DNA of 64,000 bases from Candidatus Acidiferrales bacterium. GTDB lineage: Bacteria > Chloroflexota > Limnocylindria > P2-11E. Positions 18,705-27,543 of this stretch are shown here, piece by piece. The stretch is from positions 1,582 through 65,581 of the forward strand of contig DASQIF010000042.1 of NCBI GenBank assembly GCA_035631715.1. The letters run 5' to 3'. The notes below the pieces were generated by a model. That model was not told the origin of the DNA and did not search any database. It saw only the letters and a program-made list of their open reading frames with translations. Each line of letters opens with the position of its first letter. The stretch's first letter is position 1. The translations under genes and the position numbers were made by a program.

Positions 18705-19868
18705 ATGATGGCCGACAACATCGAGCACGTCATCACGTACTGGCTCATATACGAGCGCTTCCATTCGCCGGCGCTGGCGGGTTTCGCGGTCATCAGCCAC
18801 TGGGCGCCGTTCCTCCTGTTCGGCATCACCTTCGGCGCGCTCTCGGACAAATACGACTGCCGCCGCATCATCCAGGCGGGGCAGGTCCTCTTCATCCTCG
18901 CGTCATTCTCGTGGGCGGTGCTGTTCCTCACGGACACGCTGCAGCCCTGGCACGCGGCGGTCCTCCTCGTGGTGCACGGCCTCGCCGGCGCGCTGTGGTC
19001 GCCCGCGAGCCAGCTCTTCCTCTACGACGTCGTCGGGCGTGATGAGCTGCAGAGCGCGGTGCGGCTCAACGCCACCAGCCGCAACATCGGCATCCTCCTC
19101 GGGCCGGCCGTCGGCAACGGCCTCCTGATCGCGTTCGGTCCCGCGGGCGGTCTCCTCATCAACTGCCTGCTCTACCTGCCGCTCATCGGCTGGCTCTTCA
19201 CCACCCGCTTTACCGGCCACGTCAAACACGGCGCCTCGCGGATGATCGGCGCGATCTCGCTCGCCGACGCGTGGCGCACCCTCGGTGACGTCGCGCGCCA
19301 GCCGATCGTGCTCTCGATGGTCGCGCTCGCAGGCGCCACGAGCTTCCTCGTCGGCAATGCGTACCAGGCGCAGATGCCGCAGTTCTCGGCCGAGATCCCG
19401 GGGGCGCAGGGCGAGGTCGGCTACGGCGTGCTGCTGACGGCCAGCGCCGCGGGCGCGGTCATCGCCGCGTTCGTGCTCGAGTGGTCGTCCTGGCTCCGCC
19501 GCCCGTCGGTGCAACCCGCGCTCGCGATGGGCGTCGCGTGGGCGCTCGCGATCGCCGTGTTCGCGTTCACGCGCGACTTCGGCGTGGCCATCGTCGCGCT
19601 CTTCGCGGCCGGCTTCCTCAACCTCGCGTTCTCGTCGCTCGCGCAGACGATCGTGCAGCTCGAGGCGCCGCCGGACCGGCGCGGCCGTTACGTCGGTGTG
19701 TTCACGCTCGCGCAGAACGGCCTGCGGGTCGGGAGCGGAGTCATGGTCGGCGTCGTCGGCGCGGCGGTGGGCATCCACTGGTCGCTCGGGATCGCCGCGC
19801 TGGTCTCGCTCGTGATCTGCCTGGGTCTGTTCGCGCTCGCGCGCAGCCCGCGCGTTGCGTTCGGTTAG
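18705..19868 (+). CDS. MFS transporter (EntS/YbdA-like family); the true start is probably upstream at a non-canonical codon
   Basis: It has 12 TMs and typical MFS motifs. The in-frame upstream peptide (LRHSDFRAYFGTGLVAM) looks like a genuine MFS N-terminus, but no ATG/GTG/TTG occurs before 18705. Confidence 0.75.
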   Translation: MMADNIEHVITYWLIYERFHSPALAGFAVISHWAPFLLFGITFGALSDKYDCRRIIQAGQVLFILASFSWAVLFLTDTLQPWHAAVLLVVHGLAGALWSPASQLFLYDVVGRDELQSAVRLNATSRNIGILLGPAVGNGLLIAFGPAGGLLINCLLYLPLIGWLFTTRFTGHVKHGASRMIGAISLADAWRTLGDVARQPIVLSMVALAGATSFLVGNAYQAQMPQFSAEIPGAQGEVGYGVLLTASAAGAVIAAFVLEWSSWLRRPSVQPALAMGVAWALAIAVFAFTRDFGVAIVALFAAGFLNLAFSSLAQTIVQLEAPPDRRGRYVGVFTLAQNGLRVGSGVMVGVVGAAVGIHWSLGIAALVSLVICLGLFALARSPRVAFG

Positions 19869-20871
19869 ACACCGGCTCGCTTCCTCGGCCGCTTATCGTT
19901 CCGCCGTGCGCTTATCGCAACAGGCTGCGCGCGCCGCAGTTAGGCGAGACGTGACCCGCATCGCGTCAGCGCTCCTTGTCGTGCTTCTCGCGACCGCATG
20001 CACGACGTCGCAAGCGATCGCCGAGACCACCGCGAAGCCGACGGCGACGATCCACTACACGCCCGAGCCGACCGCCAGCCCGACGCCGGCGCCGTCGATC
20101 ACGCCCGCGCCGGCTCCGACGGCGAGCCCCGCGCCGGACTGGAATGCGCTCCCCGTCGCCGCGAACGACCCGGGCGCCCTCGCCGCGCAGATCAAGGTGG
20201 TCGAGGACGCGCTTCGCGACCCGAAGGTCCAGGGCGCGCAGCTCGCGTACATGGGCCACCTGCAACAACTGACGTACAGCCGCCTCGCCGACTACCCCGA
20301 GTGGCAACCGGCCGTGCTCGCGGCGCTGCCGCAGTACAGCAAGGCGCTCTCGGACGCGCTCGACGCCGGCAAGAACCTCCGCTCGATGTCGAGCGTCGTC
20401 CCGACCCGTCTGCCCGACTGGAAGATCGTCGCGCCGCGTCAGATCGACGACCTCCTCGCCTTCTACAAGGAGGCCGAGGCCACGTACGGCATCGAGTGGC
20501 AGTACCTCGCGGCCATCCACCTCGTCGAGACGCGCATGGGTCGCATCCGCGGGCTCTCGAGCGCCGGCGCGCAGGGCCCCATGCAGTTCATGCCCGCGAC
20601 CTGGTCGCAGTACGGCCGCGGCGACGTCAACGACGATCACGACGCGATCCTCGCCGCGGCGCGCTACCTCAAGGCGGCCGGCGCGCCGGCGAACATGGCC
20701 AAGGCCCTGTTCGCGTACAACCACGCGCAGGCGTACGTGAACGCGCTCCTCGACTACGCCGACGCGATGAAGGCCGACCCGAGCGAGTACCGCGGGTACT
20801 GGGGCTGGCAGGTCTACTACCCGACGAAAGACGGACCGATCCTGCTCCCCACCGGCTGGACGAACGAATAG
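19855..20871 (+). CDS. Lytic transglycosylase-domain lipoprotein (SLT/MltB-like)
   Basis: It carries the catalytic-region motif IHLVETRMGR...GAQGPMQFMPATW. It has a signal peptide and lipobox (LLATAC) and a Pro/Thr/Ala-rich linker. An alternative GTG start lies at 19951. Confidence 0.75.
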   Translation: MRSVRHRLASSAAYRSAVRLSQQAARAAVRRDVTRIASALLVVLLATACTTSQAIAETTAKPTATIHYTPEPTASPTPAPSITPAPAPTASPAPDWNALPVAANDPGALAAQIKVVEDALRDPKVQGAQLAYMGHLQQLTYSRLADYPEWQPAVLAALPQYSKALSDALDAGKNLRSMSSVVPTRLPDWKIVAPRQIDDLLAFYKEAEATYGIEWQYLAAIHLVETRMGRIRGLSSAGAQGPMQFMPATWSQYGRGDVNDDHDAILAAARYLKAAGAPANMAKALFAYNHAQAYVNALLDYADAMKADPSEYRGYWGWQVYYPTKDGPILLPTGWTNE

Positions 20872-20877
20872 CGCGCG

Positions 20878-21108
20878 CTAACCGCGCGGCAACGGGTTCA
20901 GCACGAAGTGCGCGAGCAGCACGAACAGGAACAGCACCAGCGCACGCGCGAGCCAGGGGTTCCGCTGGGTCCAGGCGTCGATGTTCTCCGTGACGTTCGG
21001 CCAGCCACGAAAGTCCGCGACCGTGTCGAGCAGCGCGATGAGCGTGACGATGACGCAGAGCGCCTCGATCACGATGGCCATGCCGACGCGATACGTGTCG
21101 GCGGTCAC
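20878..21108 (-). CDS. Small (76-aa) 2-TM membrane protein, fourth gene of the CpaF-like operon
   Basis: A GTG start overlaps the upstream stop as GTGA. It has two hydrophobic helices. Confidence 0.5.
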   Translation of the reverse strand: MTADTYRVGMAIVIEALCVIVTLIALLDTVADFRGWPNVTENIDAWTQRNPWLARALVLFLFVLLAHFVLNPLPRG

Positions 21109-21626
21109 CGCTTCACCGCCGGACGCGTGAGCGCGTCGCTCCAGAACCAGTGGCCGGCGATGAGGAAGATCCCGAAGATCGCGATGCGCGTGAACCAGCC
21201 GCCGGTGAAGTCGGCGTCGAAGTAGATCGCGCAGCGCGTGTAATAGGTGATCGGCTCGAGCTTCGCGCCCGAGGCGAGCGCGATCTGCGCGGTGCCGATC
21301 GCCTCAAAGATCCATACGAGCGTCGCGCCGAAGAAGACGAGGACCATCGCCGCGCGCCCGGCCTTCACCGAGGCGTCCGTGCTCTTCGGCGGCCGGTCGG
21401 GTAGGACGACGCCGACGTAGTGACCGATGACGAACGCGACGACACCGATGACGAAGAGCCACGGGTCGGGAAGCCGATCGATCGTGTACACGCACGACGG
21501 CGGCGTGGGCGCGCGCCAGACCAGGAACGCGATCGTCGAACCCGAGGCGAAGATGCCGACGGTGATGGCGATGTGGAAGATGTGCGAGCCGATCGCCTGC
21601 GCGCGATGCCGCCCGACGATGTTCAT
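21105..21626 (-). CDS. 4-TM membrane protein (173 aa), third gene of the CpaF-like operon
   Basis: An ATGA overlap joins it to the upstream gene. It has four predicted TM helices and no recognisable family motif. Confidence 0.55.
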   Translation of the reverse strand: MNIVGRHRAQAIGSHIFHIAITVGIFASGSTIAFLVWRAPTPPSCVYTIDRLPDPWLFVIGVVAFVIGHYVGVVLPDRPPKSTDASVKAGRAAMVLVFFGATLVWIFEAIGTAQIALASGAKLEPITYYTRCAIYFDADFTGGWFTRIAIFGIFLIAGHWFWSDALTRPAVKR

Positions 21627-21919
21627 CGGAACACCGTGGTCGCGATGAGCACAGCCGCCGCGATCGTGACCACCAGAGCGGCGAGCGGACTGAGAGCGCT
21701 CGGCATCGCGAGATCGATCGGCGGGAGACCGCGCAGCAAACGGACGAGCGTCGCGAGAAAGCCGAGGAAACAGCAGGCGGCGATACCGAGCGACAGGCGG
21801 ACGAACAGCGACGCGACGACATGCGTGAGCGTCTCGAAGACCGCGCCGCCCGCGACCGCGCCGATGACGAACGCGATCGCAAGCGCGATGACGAGCTGCA
21901 CCAACGGACTCCGGAGCAT
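21623..21919 (-). CDS. Small (98-aa) 3-TM membrane protein, second gene of the CpaF-like operon
   Basis: A TGATG overlap joins it to the upstream ATPase-like gene. It is hydrophobic, with a G-G-AVFET segment faintly reminiscent of a Flp-type pilin processing site. Confidence 0.5.
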   Translation of the reverse strand: MLRSPLVQLVIALAIAFVIGAVAGGAVFETLTHVVASLFVRLSLGIAACCFLGFLATLVRLLRGLPPIDLAMPSALSPLAALVVTIAAAVLIATTVFR

Positions 21920-22518
21920 CAGAACCGCGTCGGCTCCGCCACGTTCTCGAAGCGATCGCGTCGCTCGTCCCAGCGATGGAGCAGCCGCAGCTCGCCGCCG
22001 TACTCGTTCACGTCCGCGATCACGCGGCGCGTCGGATGCTGCCAGTCGTCGCCGAGCGAGCGGATGTGCACAATGAGGTCGAGGCGTGAGAGATCATCGG
22101 GCGCGACGCGATTGCGCCGCAGGATCACGAGCGCGTCCTCCGCGGAGTCGGCGTGGAGCGCGGTCGAGAGCGACGTGCCGTTCGCGATCTCCGCGAACGC
22201 GGCCCGCACCGGCGGACCCCAGACGTAGCCCGCGGTCACCGGGAATCGGCTGACCTCAGGGACGTAGAGATAGCCGCCGCGAGCGGCGCGCGCGAGCGTC
22301 GCGACGTCGGTGCCGTCCTCGCCGAGCTCGCGAACGGGTGCGCCAGCGTCACGCGCGACCGCGAGCATGGCCTTGCCGACCGTGCTCTTTCCGGCCAGTC
22401 GCGGGAGCGCGATAACGAGGTAGGACGCTCGCTTGAGCGCAGCGCGGCGGAGGGTCGCCGCGATCTCAGGCGACATCGTGCCGCTCCCGACCAGGTCCGC
22501 CAACCTAAGGACCGCCAT
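21919..22518 (-). CDS. Truncated, degenerate CpaF/TadA/VirB11-family secretion-ATPase-like protein (199 aa)
   Basis: It aligns by eye to the T2SSE core of CpaF. LADLVGSGTMSPEIAATLRRAALKRASYLVIALPRLAGKST corresponds to the pre-Walker-A region, with the Walker A sequence altered to AGKST. The His-box-like sequence GTSLSTALHADSAEDALVIL matches TGHdGslsTiHAnsa.da. It lacks the whole N-terminal domain and a clear Walker B. Confidence 0.55.
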   Translation of the reverse strand: MAVLRLADLVGSGTMSPEIAATLRRAALKRASYLVIALPRLAGKSTVGKAMLAVARDAGAPVRELGEDGTDVATLARAARGGYLYVPEVSRFPVTAGYVWGPPVRAAFAEIANGTSLSTALHADSAEDALVILRRNRVAPDDLSRLDLIVHIRSLGDDWQHPTRRVIADVNEYGGELRLLHRWDERRDRFENVAEPTRF

Positions 22519-22663
22519 GTGGAAAGGGACACTAGACGGGAAGGCGCCACCTAACCCACACTTGGGTGGCCGGACGAACAGGCGACGAACAGGGCGTTGA
22601 GAGGCAACTCCTCCACGAGACTGACGGAACCATCGAGCGGCAGAAATTTCGGAGGAGACCTAA

Positions 22664-22984
22664 GTGTCATTCCAGGACAAGACCCTTACCTGTCGCGACT
22701 GCGGACAAGAATTCGTCTGGACCGCAGGCGAGCAGGAGTTCTTTCAGAGCCGTGGCCTCATGAACCCGCCGAGCCGTTGCCCGGCGGACCGTGCGGCACG
22801 TCGCGCCGGTGCCGGTGGCGGCGGTGGCGGCGGTGGCTACTCGAGCGGACCCCGCGAGATGTTCACGGCGACATGCAGCAACTGCGGTCGTGAGGCTCGC
22901 GTTCCGTTCCAGCCGCGTGGCGACAAGCCGGTGTACTGCTCGGATTGCTTCGAGAAGATGCGTGGGAGCAGGAACCGCTACTAG
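22664..22984 (+). CDS. zf-trcl-type zinc-ribbon protein (two CxxC...CxxC ribbons) with a poly-Gly spacer
   Basis: It starts with GTG, with a GGAGGAG SD 8 nt upstream. The first ribbon is CRDCGQEF...CPADR and the second is CSNCGREARVPFQPRGDKPVYCSDCF. These are separated by G8, encoded by a (GGY)n triplet repeat. Confidence 0.75.
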   Translation: MSFQDKTLTCRDCGQEFVWTAGEQEFFQSRGLMNPPSRCPADRAARRAGAGGGGGGGGYSSGPREMFTATCSNCGREARVPFQPRGDKPVYCSDCFEKMRGSRNRY

Positions 22985-23055
22985 TGGCACGCTCCGCCAC
23001 GAGCGTCACATTGAGGCTTCGTGGCGGTCCTTTTGATGGGCAGTCGGCGGTGGCC

Positions 23056-23193
23056 ATGGGTGCCACCGTCGGCTCGCTCATCACAGTCAACTCACGCAAT
23101 TACCGCGTGACGAAGATCGAGAACGTCCCCGGCCGCCGCGAGCAGGCCGGCGTCGCGAACTTCGAGCGCCCCGTGGAGAAGCCCAAGCCCTGA
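23056..23193 (+). CDS. Hypothetical small protein (45 aa)
   Basis: GC3-rich codons begin only at this ATG. A GGTGG sequence lies upstream, and the stop overlaps the next gene's ATG as TGATG. A longer GTG-initiated version at 22984 has atypical codons. Confidence 0.25.
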   Translation: MGATVGSLITVNSRNYRVTKIENVPGRREQAGVANFERPVEKPKP

Positions 23194-23558
23194 TGTCGGC
23201 GAAGCTCGCCCTGCAGATCGGCGCGGTCCTCGCGACGATCTTCGGCCTCGCGCTCGCGCTCGCTCCCGTTCAGATGCTCGGCGGCTTCGGCATGGCCACG
23301 CCGCCTGAAGCGCTCGTCGTGTCGCGCGACATCGGCGTCACGCTCCTCGGTGTCGCGGTCATCAACTGGCTTGCTCGCGATCAGACCGGTCCCGCGGTCC
23401 GCGCGATCCTCATCGGCAACGTTGTGATCCAGGTCCTCGAGGCGCTCGTGAATGGCTGGGAGGTCGCAGCCGCGATCATCCCCGTGCAGGCGCTCGGCGG
23501 CGTCGTCCTTCACGTGATCCTCGCGGTGATCTTCATCCTTCCGCTGCGCCGCGCGTAG
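23193..23558 (+). CDS. Small 4-TM membrane protein (121 aa)
   Basis: It has four hydrophobic helices and is translationally coupled (TGATG) to the preceding small ORF. Confidence 0.55.
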   Translation: MSAKLALQIGAVLATIFGLALALAPVQMLGGFGMATPPEALVVSRDIGVTLLGVAVINWLARDQTGPAVRAILIGNVVIQVLEALVNGWEVAAAIIPVQALGGVVLHVILAVIFILPLRRA

Positions 23559-23574
23559 CCCATCGGTCGGGCGG

Positions 23575-24726
23575 ATGCGGCAGATCTACGACGTCATCGT
23601 CATCGGGCTCGGAGCGCACGGCTCCGCCGCGGCGGCGCATCTCGCAAAGCGCGGCCTGCGCGTCCTCGGCATCGAGCAGTTCGCGCGCGGCCACACCCTC
23701 GGGTCGTCGGGCGGCCTCTCGCGCATCATCCGCCTCTCGTACTTCGAGGACCCGGGCTACGTCCCGCTGCTCCGCCGCGCGTGGGACCTCTGGCGCGCGC
23801 TCGAAGAGGAGTCATCCGAGTCGCTCCTCACGCAGACCGGCGGCCTCTACCTCGGGCCGCCCGACGGCGAGCTCGTGGCCGGCGCGCGAGAGAGCGCAAC
23901 GGTCCACGACCTCGCGCACTGGTTGCTCGACGCGCCGGAGATCCGCTACCGCTATCCGATGTTCCCGATCGACGACGACTGGCGCGGCCTCTTCGACGTG
24001 CAGGCCGGTTGGCTCGCGCCCGAGCGCTGCATCCTCGCTCACCTCGCGGTCGCCGAGCGCCACGGCGCGACGCTCCGGTTCGACGAGCCGGTCGCGCGGT
24101 GGGAGCGCGACGGGGACGGCGTGAAGGTGACGACCGCGACCGGCTCGTACCGCGCGGCGCGTCTCGTCCTCACCGCCGGCGCGTGGATGTCGCGCCTCCT
24201 GCCCGAGCTCGCGGAGCGTCTCTGGGTCGAGCGCAACGTGCTGTTCTGGTTCGAGCCGACCGCTCGCCGCGAGGAGTTCTCGAAGATGCCGGTGTGGATC
24301 ATGGAGGACGTCACGCGGACGAACGGCTTTCCCGCGTACCGCGATTACTACGGCTTCCCGCTCGACCCCGCGCACGGGCTGAAGCTGGCGGGGCTGCACT
24401 TCGGCGATCGGGTGGACCCCGACACCGTCGAGCGCGAGCCACGTGCCATCGACGAGGAGCGCGTGCGCGCCTTCCTGCGCCGGCGGATGCCGGATGCCGA
24501 CGGCGAGCGCCGCCTCGCGAAGGTCTGCATGTACACGAACAGCCCCGACGGGGACTTCATGATCGATCGCCTCGCTGACGCGCCCGTGATCTACGCGTCG
24601 GCCTGCTCCGGCCACGGCTTCAAGTTCGCGAGTTGGATCGGTGAACTGCTCGCGGCGATGACGGTCGACGGCGCGGAGGTCCCAGCGTTCCTCCGCGCCG
24701 ATCGACTCACCACGCGCTACGGGTAG
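23575..24726 (+). CDS. solA: Monomeric sarcosine oxidase / N-methyl-L-tryptophan oxidase family FAD enzyme
   Basis: It has an FAD-binding GxGxxG (VIVIGLGAHGSAAA). The C-terminal covalent-flavin region ACSGHGFKF is typical of MSOX/MTOX. Confidence 0.85.
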   Translation: MRQIYDVIVIGLGAHGSAAAAHLAKRGLRVLGIEQFARGHTLGSSGGLSRIIRLSYFEDPGYVPLLRRAWDLWRALEEESSESLLTQTGGLYLGPPDGELVAGARESATVHDLAHWLLDAPEIRYRYPMFPIDDDWRGLFDVQAGWLAPERCILAHLAVAERHGATLRFDEPVARWERDGDGVKVTTATGSYRAARLVLTAGAWMSRLLPELAERLWVERNVLFWFEPTARREEFSKMPVWIMEDVTRTNGFPAYRDYYGFPLDPAHGLKLAGLHFGDRVDPDTVEREPRAIDEERVRAFLRRRMPDADGERRLAKVCMYTNSPDGDFMIDRLADAPVIYASACSGHGFKFASWIGELLAAMTVDGAEVPAFLRADRLTTRYG

Positions 24727-24944
24727 TTCGGTGCGCCAGGCGCCGTCGCCGGGGCGCCCGTGGCGGGCGCGCCGGTCGCCGGTGCGGCGGAGTTGTACGG
24801 GGTCGGCGAGGAGCCGCCGTAGTTGCCCGCGATCGCGAAGTACGCGATGACGCCGACGATGGCGATCGCGATGAGCACCGTGACCACGGTCATCCATGGG
24901 GTGCCCGAACCTACGCGGCGGGCGCCCATCTGAGTTCCTTGCAT
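24717..24944 (-). CDS. Small (75-aa) single-TM protein with a Pro/Ala/Thr/Gly-rich repeat tail
   Basis: A perfect AAAGGAGGTGA SD lies 5 nt upstream of the ATG. It has one TM helix and a tail of APATG repeats encoded by a ~15-nt tandem repeat. Confidence 0.55.
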   Translation of the reverse strand: MQGTQMGARRVGSGTPWMTVVTVLIAIAIVGVIAYFAIAGNYGGSSPTPYNSAAPATGAPATGAPATAPGAPNYP

Positions 24945-25081
24945 CGGGTCACCTCCTTTGACCGAGGGTGCCGCAGCCCGCGGGCCAGCGCGCCCGATAC
25001 GTGTGCACGTTTTTTCGGATCACCGCGGTGCGCAACGCCTTCGTAACAGCGCACGCGAATAGCAGGCAGAATGACGCGCCT

Positions 25082-26302
25082 ATGAGCACGGTCGTGCGCG
25101 CGGGGACGTTCATCGACGGCAATGGCGGCGCGCCGAAGCGCGACGTGAACATCCACCTCGAGGGCGACTCGATCGTGAAGATCGGCGGCGAGATCCCGCG
25201 CGGCGCGACGGTGATCGATCGCTCGAGCGAGACCGTGATGCCCGGGATGATCGACTGCCACGTGCATCTGTGGTCGACGCCGGGCTCGATCGAGGAACGG
25301 CTCCAGAAGCCCTACTCGCTCAACGTCGCCGAGGCGTTCCGCAACGCGAAGATCACGCTGGACGCAGGATTCACGACGGTGCGCGACGCGGCGGGGACAC
25401 CGCTCGGCGTGAAGCAGGCCATCGACCGCGGGATGGTGCCGGGCCCGCGCCTGCGGATCGCCGTGGGCGCGCTCTCGCAGACCTCCGGTCACGGTGACTC
25501 GCGTTTCGCGAGCGGCGTCACCGGACGCGTCGACGATCCCGAGCATCCGTGGACCGTCGTCGACGGCGTCGAGGCGGTGCGCAAAGCGACGCGCGAGCTC
25601 CTCCGCGCCGGCGCCGATCAGATCAAGGTCCACACCTCGGGCGGCGTGATGTCGCCGTCCGACGAGCCGACGTCCACCGGGTTCTCGCCCGACGAGATCG
25701 CGGCCATCGTCTACGAGGCGCACGCCGCCGGAAAGACGGTCATGACGCACTCGCAGGCCACGCAGGGCATCCGCAACGCGGTGGAGGCCGGCATCGAGTC
25801 GATCGAGCACGGCATCTATCTCGACGCCGATACGGCCGAGCTCATGAAGAAGAAGGGCATCTACCTCGTGGCGACGCTCATCGCGCCGCTCTGGGTGCAG
25901 CGCCGCGCCGAACGGAAACCCGGATCGGTGCCCGCGTACGCGGTGCGGAAGGCGAACGAGGTCGTCGACGCGCACCAGAAGATGTTCCAGATGGCCGTGA
26001 AGATGGGCGTGCCGATCGCGATGGGCACGGACACCGGCGTCGGCGAGCACGGCACGAACGCCGAGGAGCTCGAGCTCATGGTGAAGCTCGGCATGACGCC
26101 GATGCAGGCGATCGTGGCGACGACCAAGACCGCGGCCGCGTGCGCGCGCGTGGGCAAGATCACCGGCACGCTCGAGCCGGGAAAGCGCGCCGACCTCATC
26201 GCCGTCGCCGGCGACCCGATCGCGGACATCGCGATCCTGCAGCGCGCGGAGTGCATCACGCTCGTGATGCGCGACGGTCAGGTCTTCAAGCAGCTCGCCT
26301 GA
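25082..26302 (+). CDS. Amidohydrolase-family metal-dependent hydrolase (imidazolonepropionase/Xaa-Pro dipeptidase-like)
   Basis: It has the motifs PGMIDCHVHL, HSQATQGIRNAVEAG and GTDTGVGEHG. The chosen ATG at 25082 gives a typical N-terminus. The SD (AAGGGAG) of the following gene lies within the gap. Confidence 0.8.
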   Translation: MSTVVRAGTFIDGNGGAPKRDVNIHLEGDSIVKIGGEIPRGATVIDRSSETVMPGMIDCHVHLWSTPGSIEERLQKPYSLNVAEAFRNAKITLDAGFTTVRDAAGTPLGVKQAIDRGMVPGPRLRIAVGALSQTSGHGDSRFASGVTGRVDDPEHPWTVVDGVEAVRKATRELLRAGADQIKVHTSGGVMSPSDEPTSTGFSPDEIAAIVYEAHAAGKTVMTHSQATQGIRNAVEAGIESIEHGIYLDADTAELMKKKGIYLVATLIAPLWVQRRAERKPGSVPAYAVRKANEVVDAHQKMFQMAVKMGVPIAMGTDTGVGEHGTNAEELELMVKLGMTPMQAIVATTKTAAACARVGKITGTLEPGKRADLIAVAGDPIADIAILQRAECITLVMRDGQVFKQLA

Positions 26303-26347
26303 GCGCTAACGCCCGGCGTTCGTACACTCGGGCCAAGGGAGTCGCCC

Positions 26348-27541
26348 ATGGCGAAGACACCGCGGATCATCGTCTACACGGGAAAGGGCGGCGTCGGTAA
26401 GACGAGCGTCGCGGCGGCGACGGCCGCGCTCTCCGCGCAGCGCGGCTACAAGACCATCGTCCTCTCGACCGACATCGCGCACTCGCTGGCGGACTCCTTC
26501 GACCGTCCGCTCGGTGCCGAGCCCGTGGAGATCGCGCCGAATCTCTGGGGCCAGGAGTCCGACGTCTACTACAACGTCCGCAAGTACTGGGGCACGATCC
26601 AGAGCTACGTGTCCAGCGTGCTCCAGTGGCGCGGTCTCGACACGGTGGTCGCCGAGGAGATGACGATCATCCCCGGCATGGACGAGCTCTCCAGCCTCAT
26701 GTGGATCGCGGAGCACCACGACAAGGGCGAGTACGACGTCATCGTGGTCGATGCGGCGCCGACCGGTGAGACGCTGCGCCTTCTGTCGCTCCCCGAGGCG
26801 GGCGAGTGGTGGCTCGAGCACATCTTCCCGATCCAGCGACAGGTGGCGAAGATCGCGGGCCCGATCGTCGGTCGCTTCGTTGGTGCGCCGATGCCGCAGG
26901 ACGCCGTGTTCGAGGCCGGCGAGAAGCTCTTCAAACGGCTGCAGCATCTGCACGCGATCCTCACCGACCCGCTCCGCACCTCGGTGCGGCTCGTCCTGAA
27001 CCTTGAGAAGATGGTCATCAAAGAAGCGCAGCGCAGCTTCACGTACTTCCATCTCTTCGGGTACCCGACGGACCTCGTCGTCGTGAACCGCGTGCTGCCG
27101 GCTGGCATGACCGGCTTCCTCGAGCAGTGGCAGGAGATCCAGGCGAGATACCTGCCGATCGTCCAGGACAGCTTCGCGCCGGTGCCGCTGAAGACGGCGC
27201 CGTTCTTCGAGACCGAGGTCGTCGGCCTCGACATGCTCAACCGCATGGGCAACGAGCTGTTCGAGGGCGTGGACCCGACCACGTTCTTCTACCGCGGGCG
27301 ACCGTACCGCGTGGAACGCGAGAACGGCGAGCTCGTCCTGTTGCTGCAGCTGCCCTTCACGTCGAAGGAGCAGGTGACCCTCAACCGGCACGCCGACGAG
27401 CTCGTCGTGCAGGTCGGCTCGTGGCGGCGGAACCTCATCCTGCCGCGCGCGCTCGTCGCGGCGCCGACGCGGTCGGCGCAATTCGAAGGTGACACGCTCA
27501 AGATCCACTTCACGGCGCCGGCCGGCGCGGAAAGGAAATAG
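26348..27541 (+). CDS. ArsA/GET3-family ATPase with a C-terminal ArsA_HSP20-like domain
   Basis: It has the deviant Walker A GKGGVGKTS, the switch region DAAPTGETLRLL and a C-terminal HSP20-like beta-sandwich (YRVERENGELVLLLQLPFTSKEQVTLNRHADELVVQVGSWRRNLILP). Confidence 0.8.
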   Translation: MAKTPRIIVYTGKGGVGKTSVAAATAALSAQRGYKTIVLSTDIAHSLADSFDRPLGAEPVEIAPNLWGQESDVYYNVRKYWGTIQSYVSSVLQWRGLDTVVAEEMTIIPGMDELSSLMWIAEHHDKGEYDVIVVDAAPTGETLRLLSLPEAGEWWLEHIFPIQRQVAKIAGPIVGRFVGAPMPQDAVFEAGEKLFKRLQHLHAILTDPLRTSVRLVLNLEKMVIKEAQRSFTYFHLFGYPTDLVVVNRVLPAGMTGFLEQWQEIQARYLPIVQDSFAPVPLKTAPFFETEVVGLDMLNRMGNELFEGVDPTTFFYRGRPYRVERENGELVLLLQLPFTSKEQVTLNRHADELVVQVGSWRRNLILPRALVAAPTRSAQFEGDTLKIHFTAPAGAERK

Positions 27542-27543
27542 GC

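Noticed and set aside
22984-23055. A longer 69-aa version of the small ORF starting at a GTG overlapping the zinc-ribbon stop
   Set aside because: The first 24 codons use GC3-poor codons (ACA, TTG, AGG, CTT, CGT, GGT, CCT, TTT, GAT) that are atypical for this genome. The ATG at 23056 is a more plausible start, and the upstream segment instead forms a hairpin.
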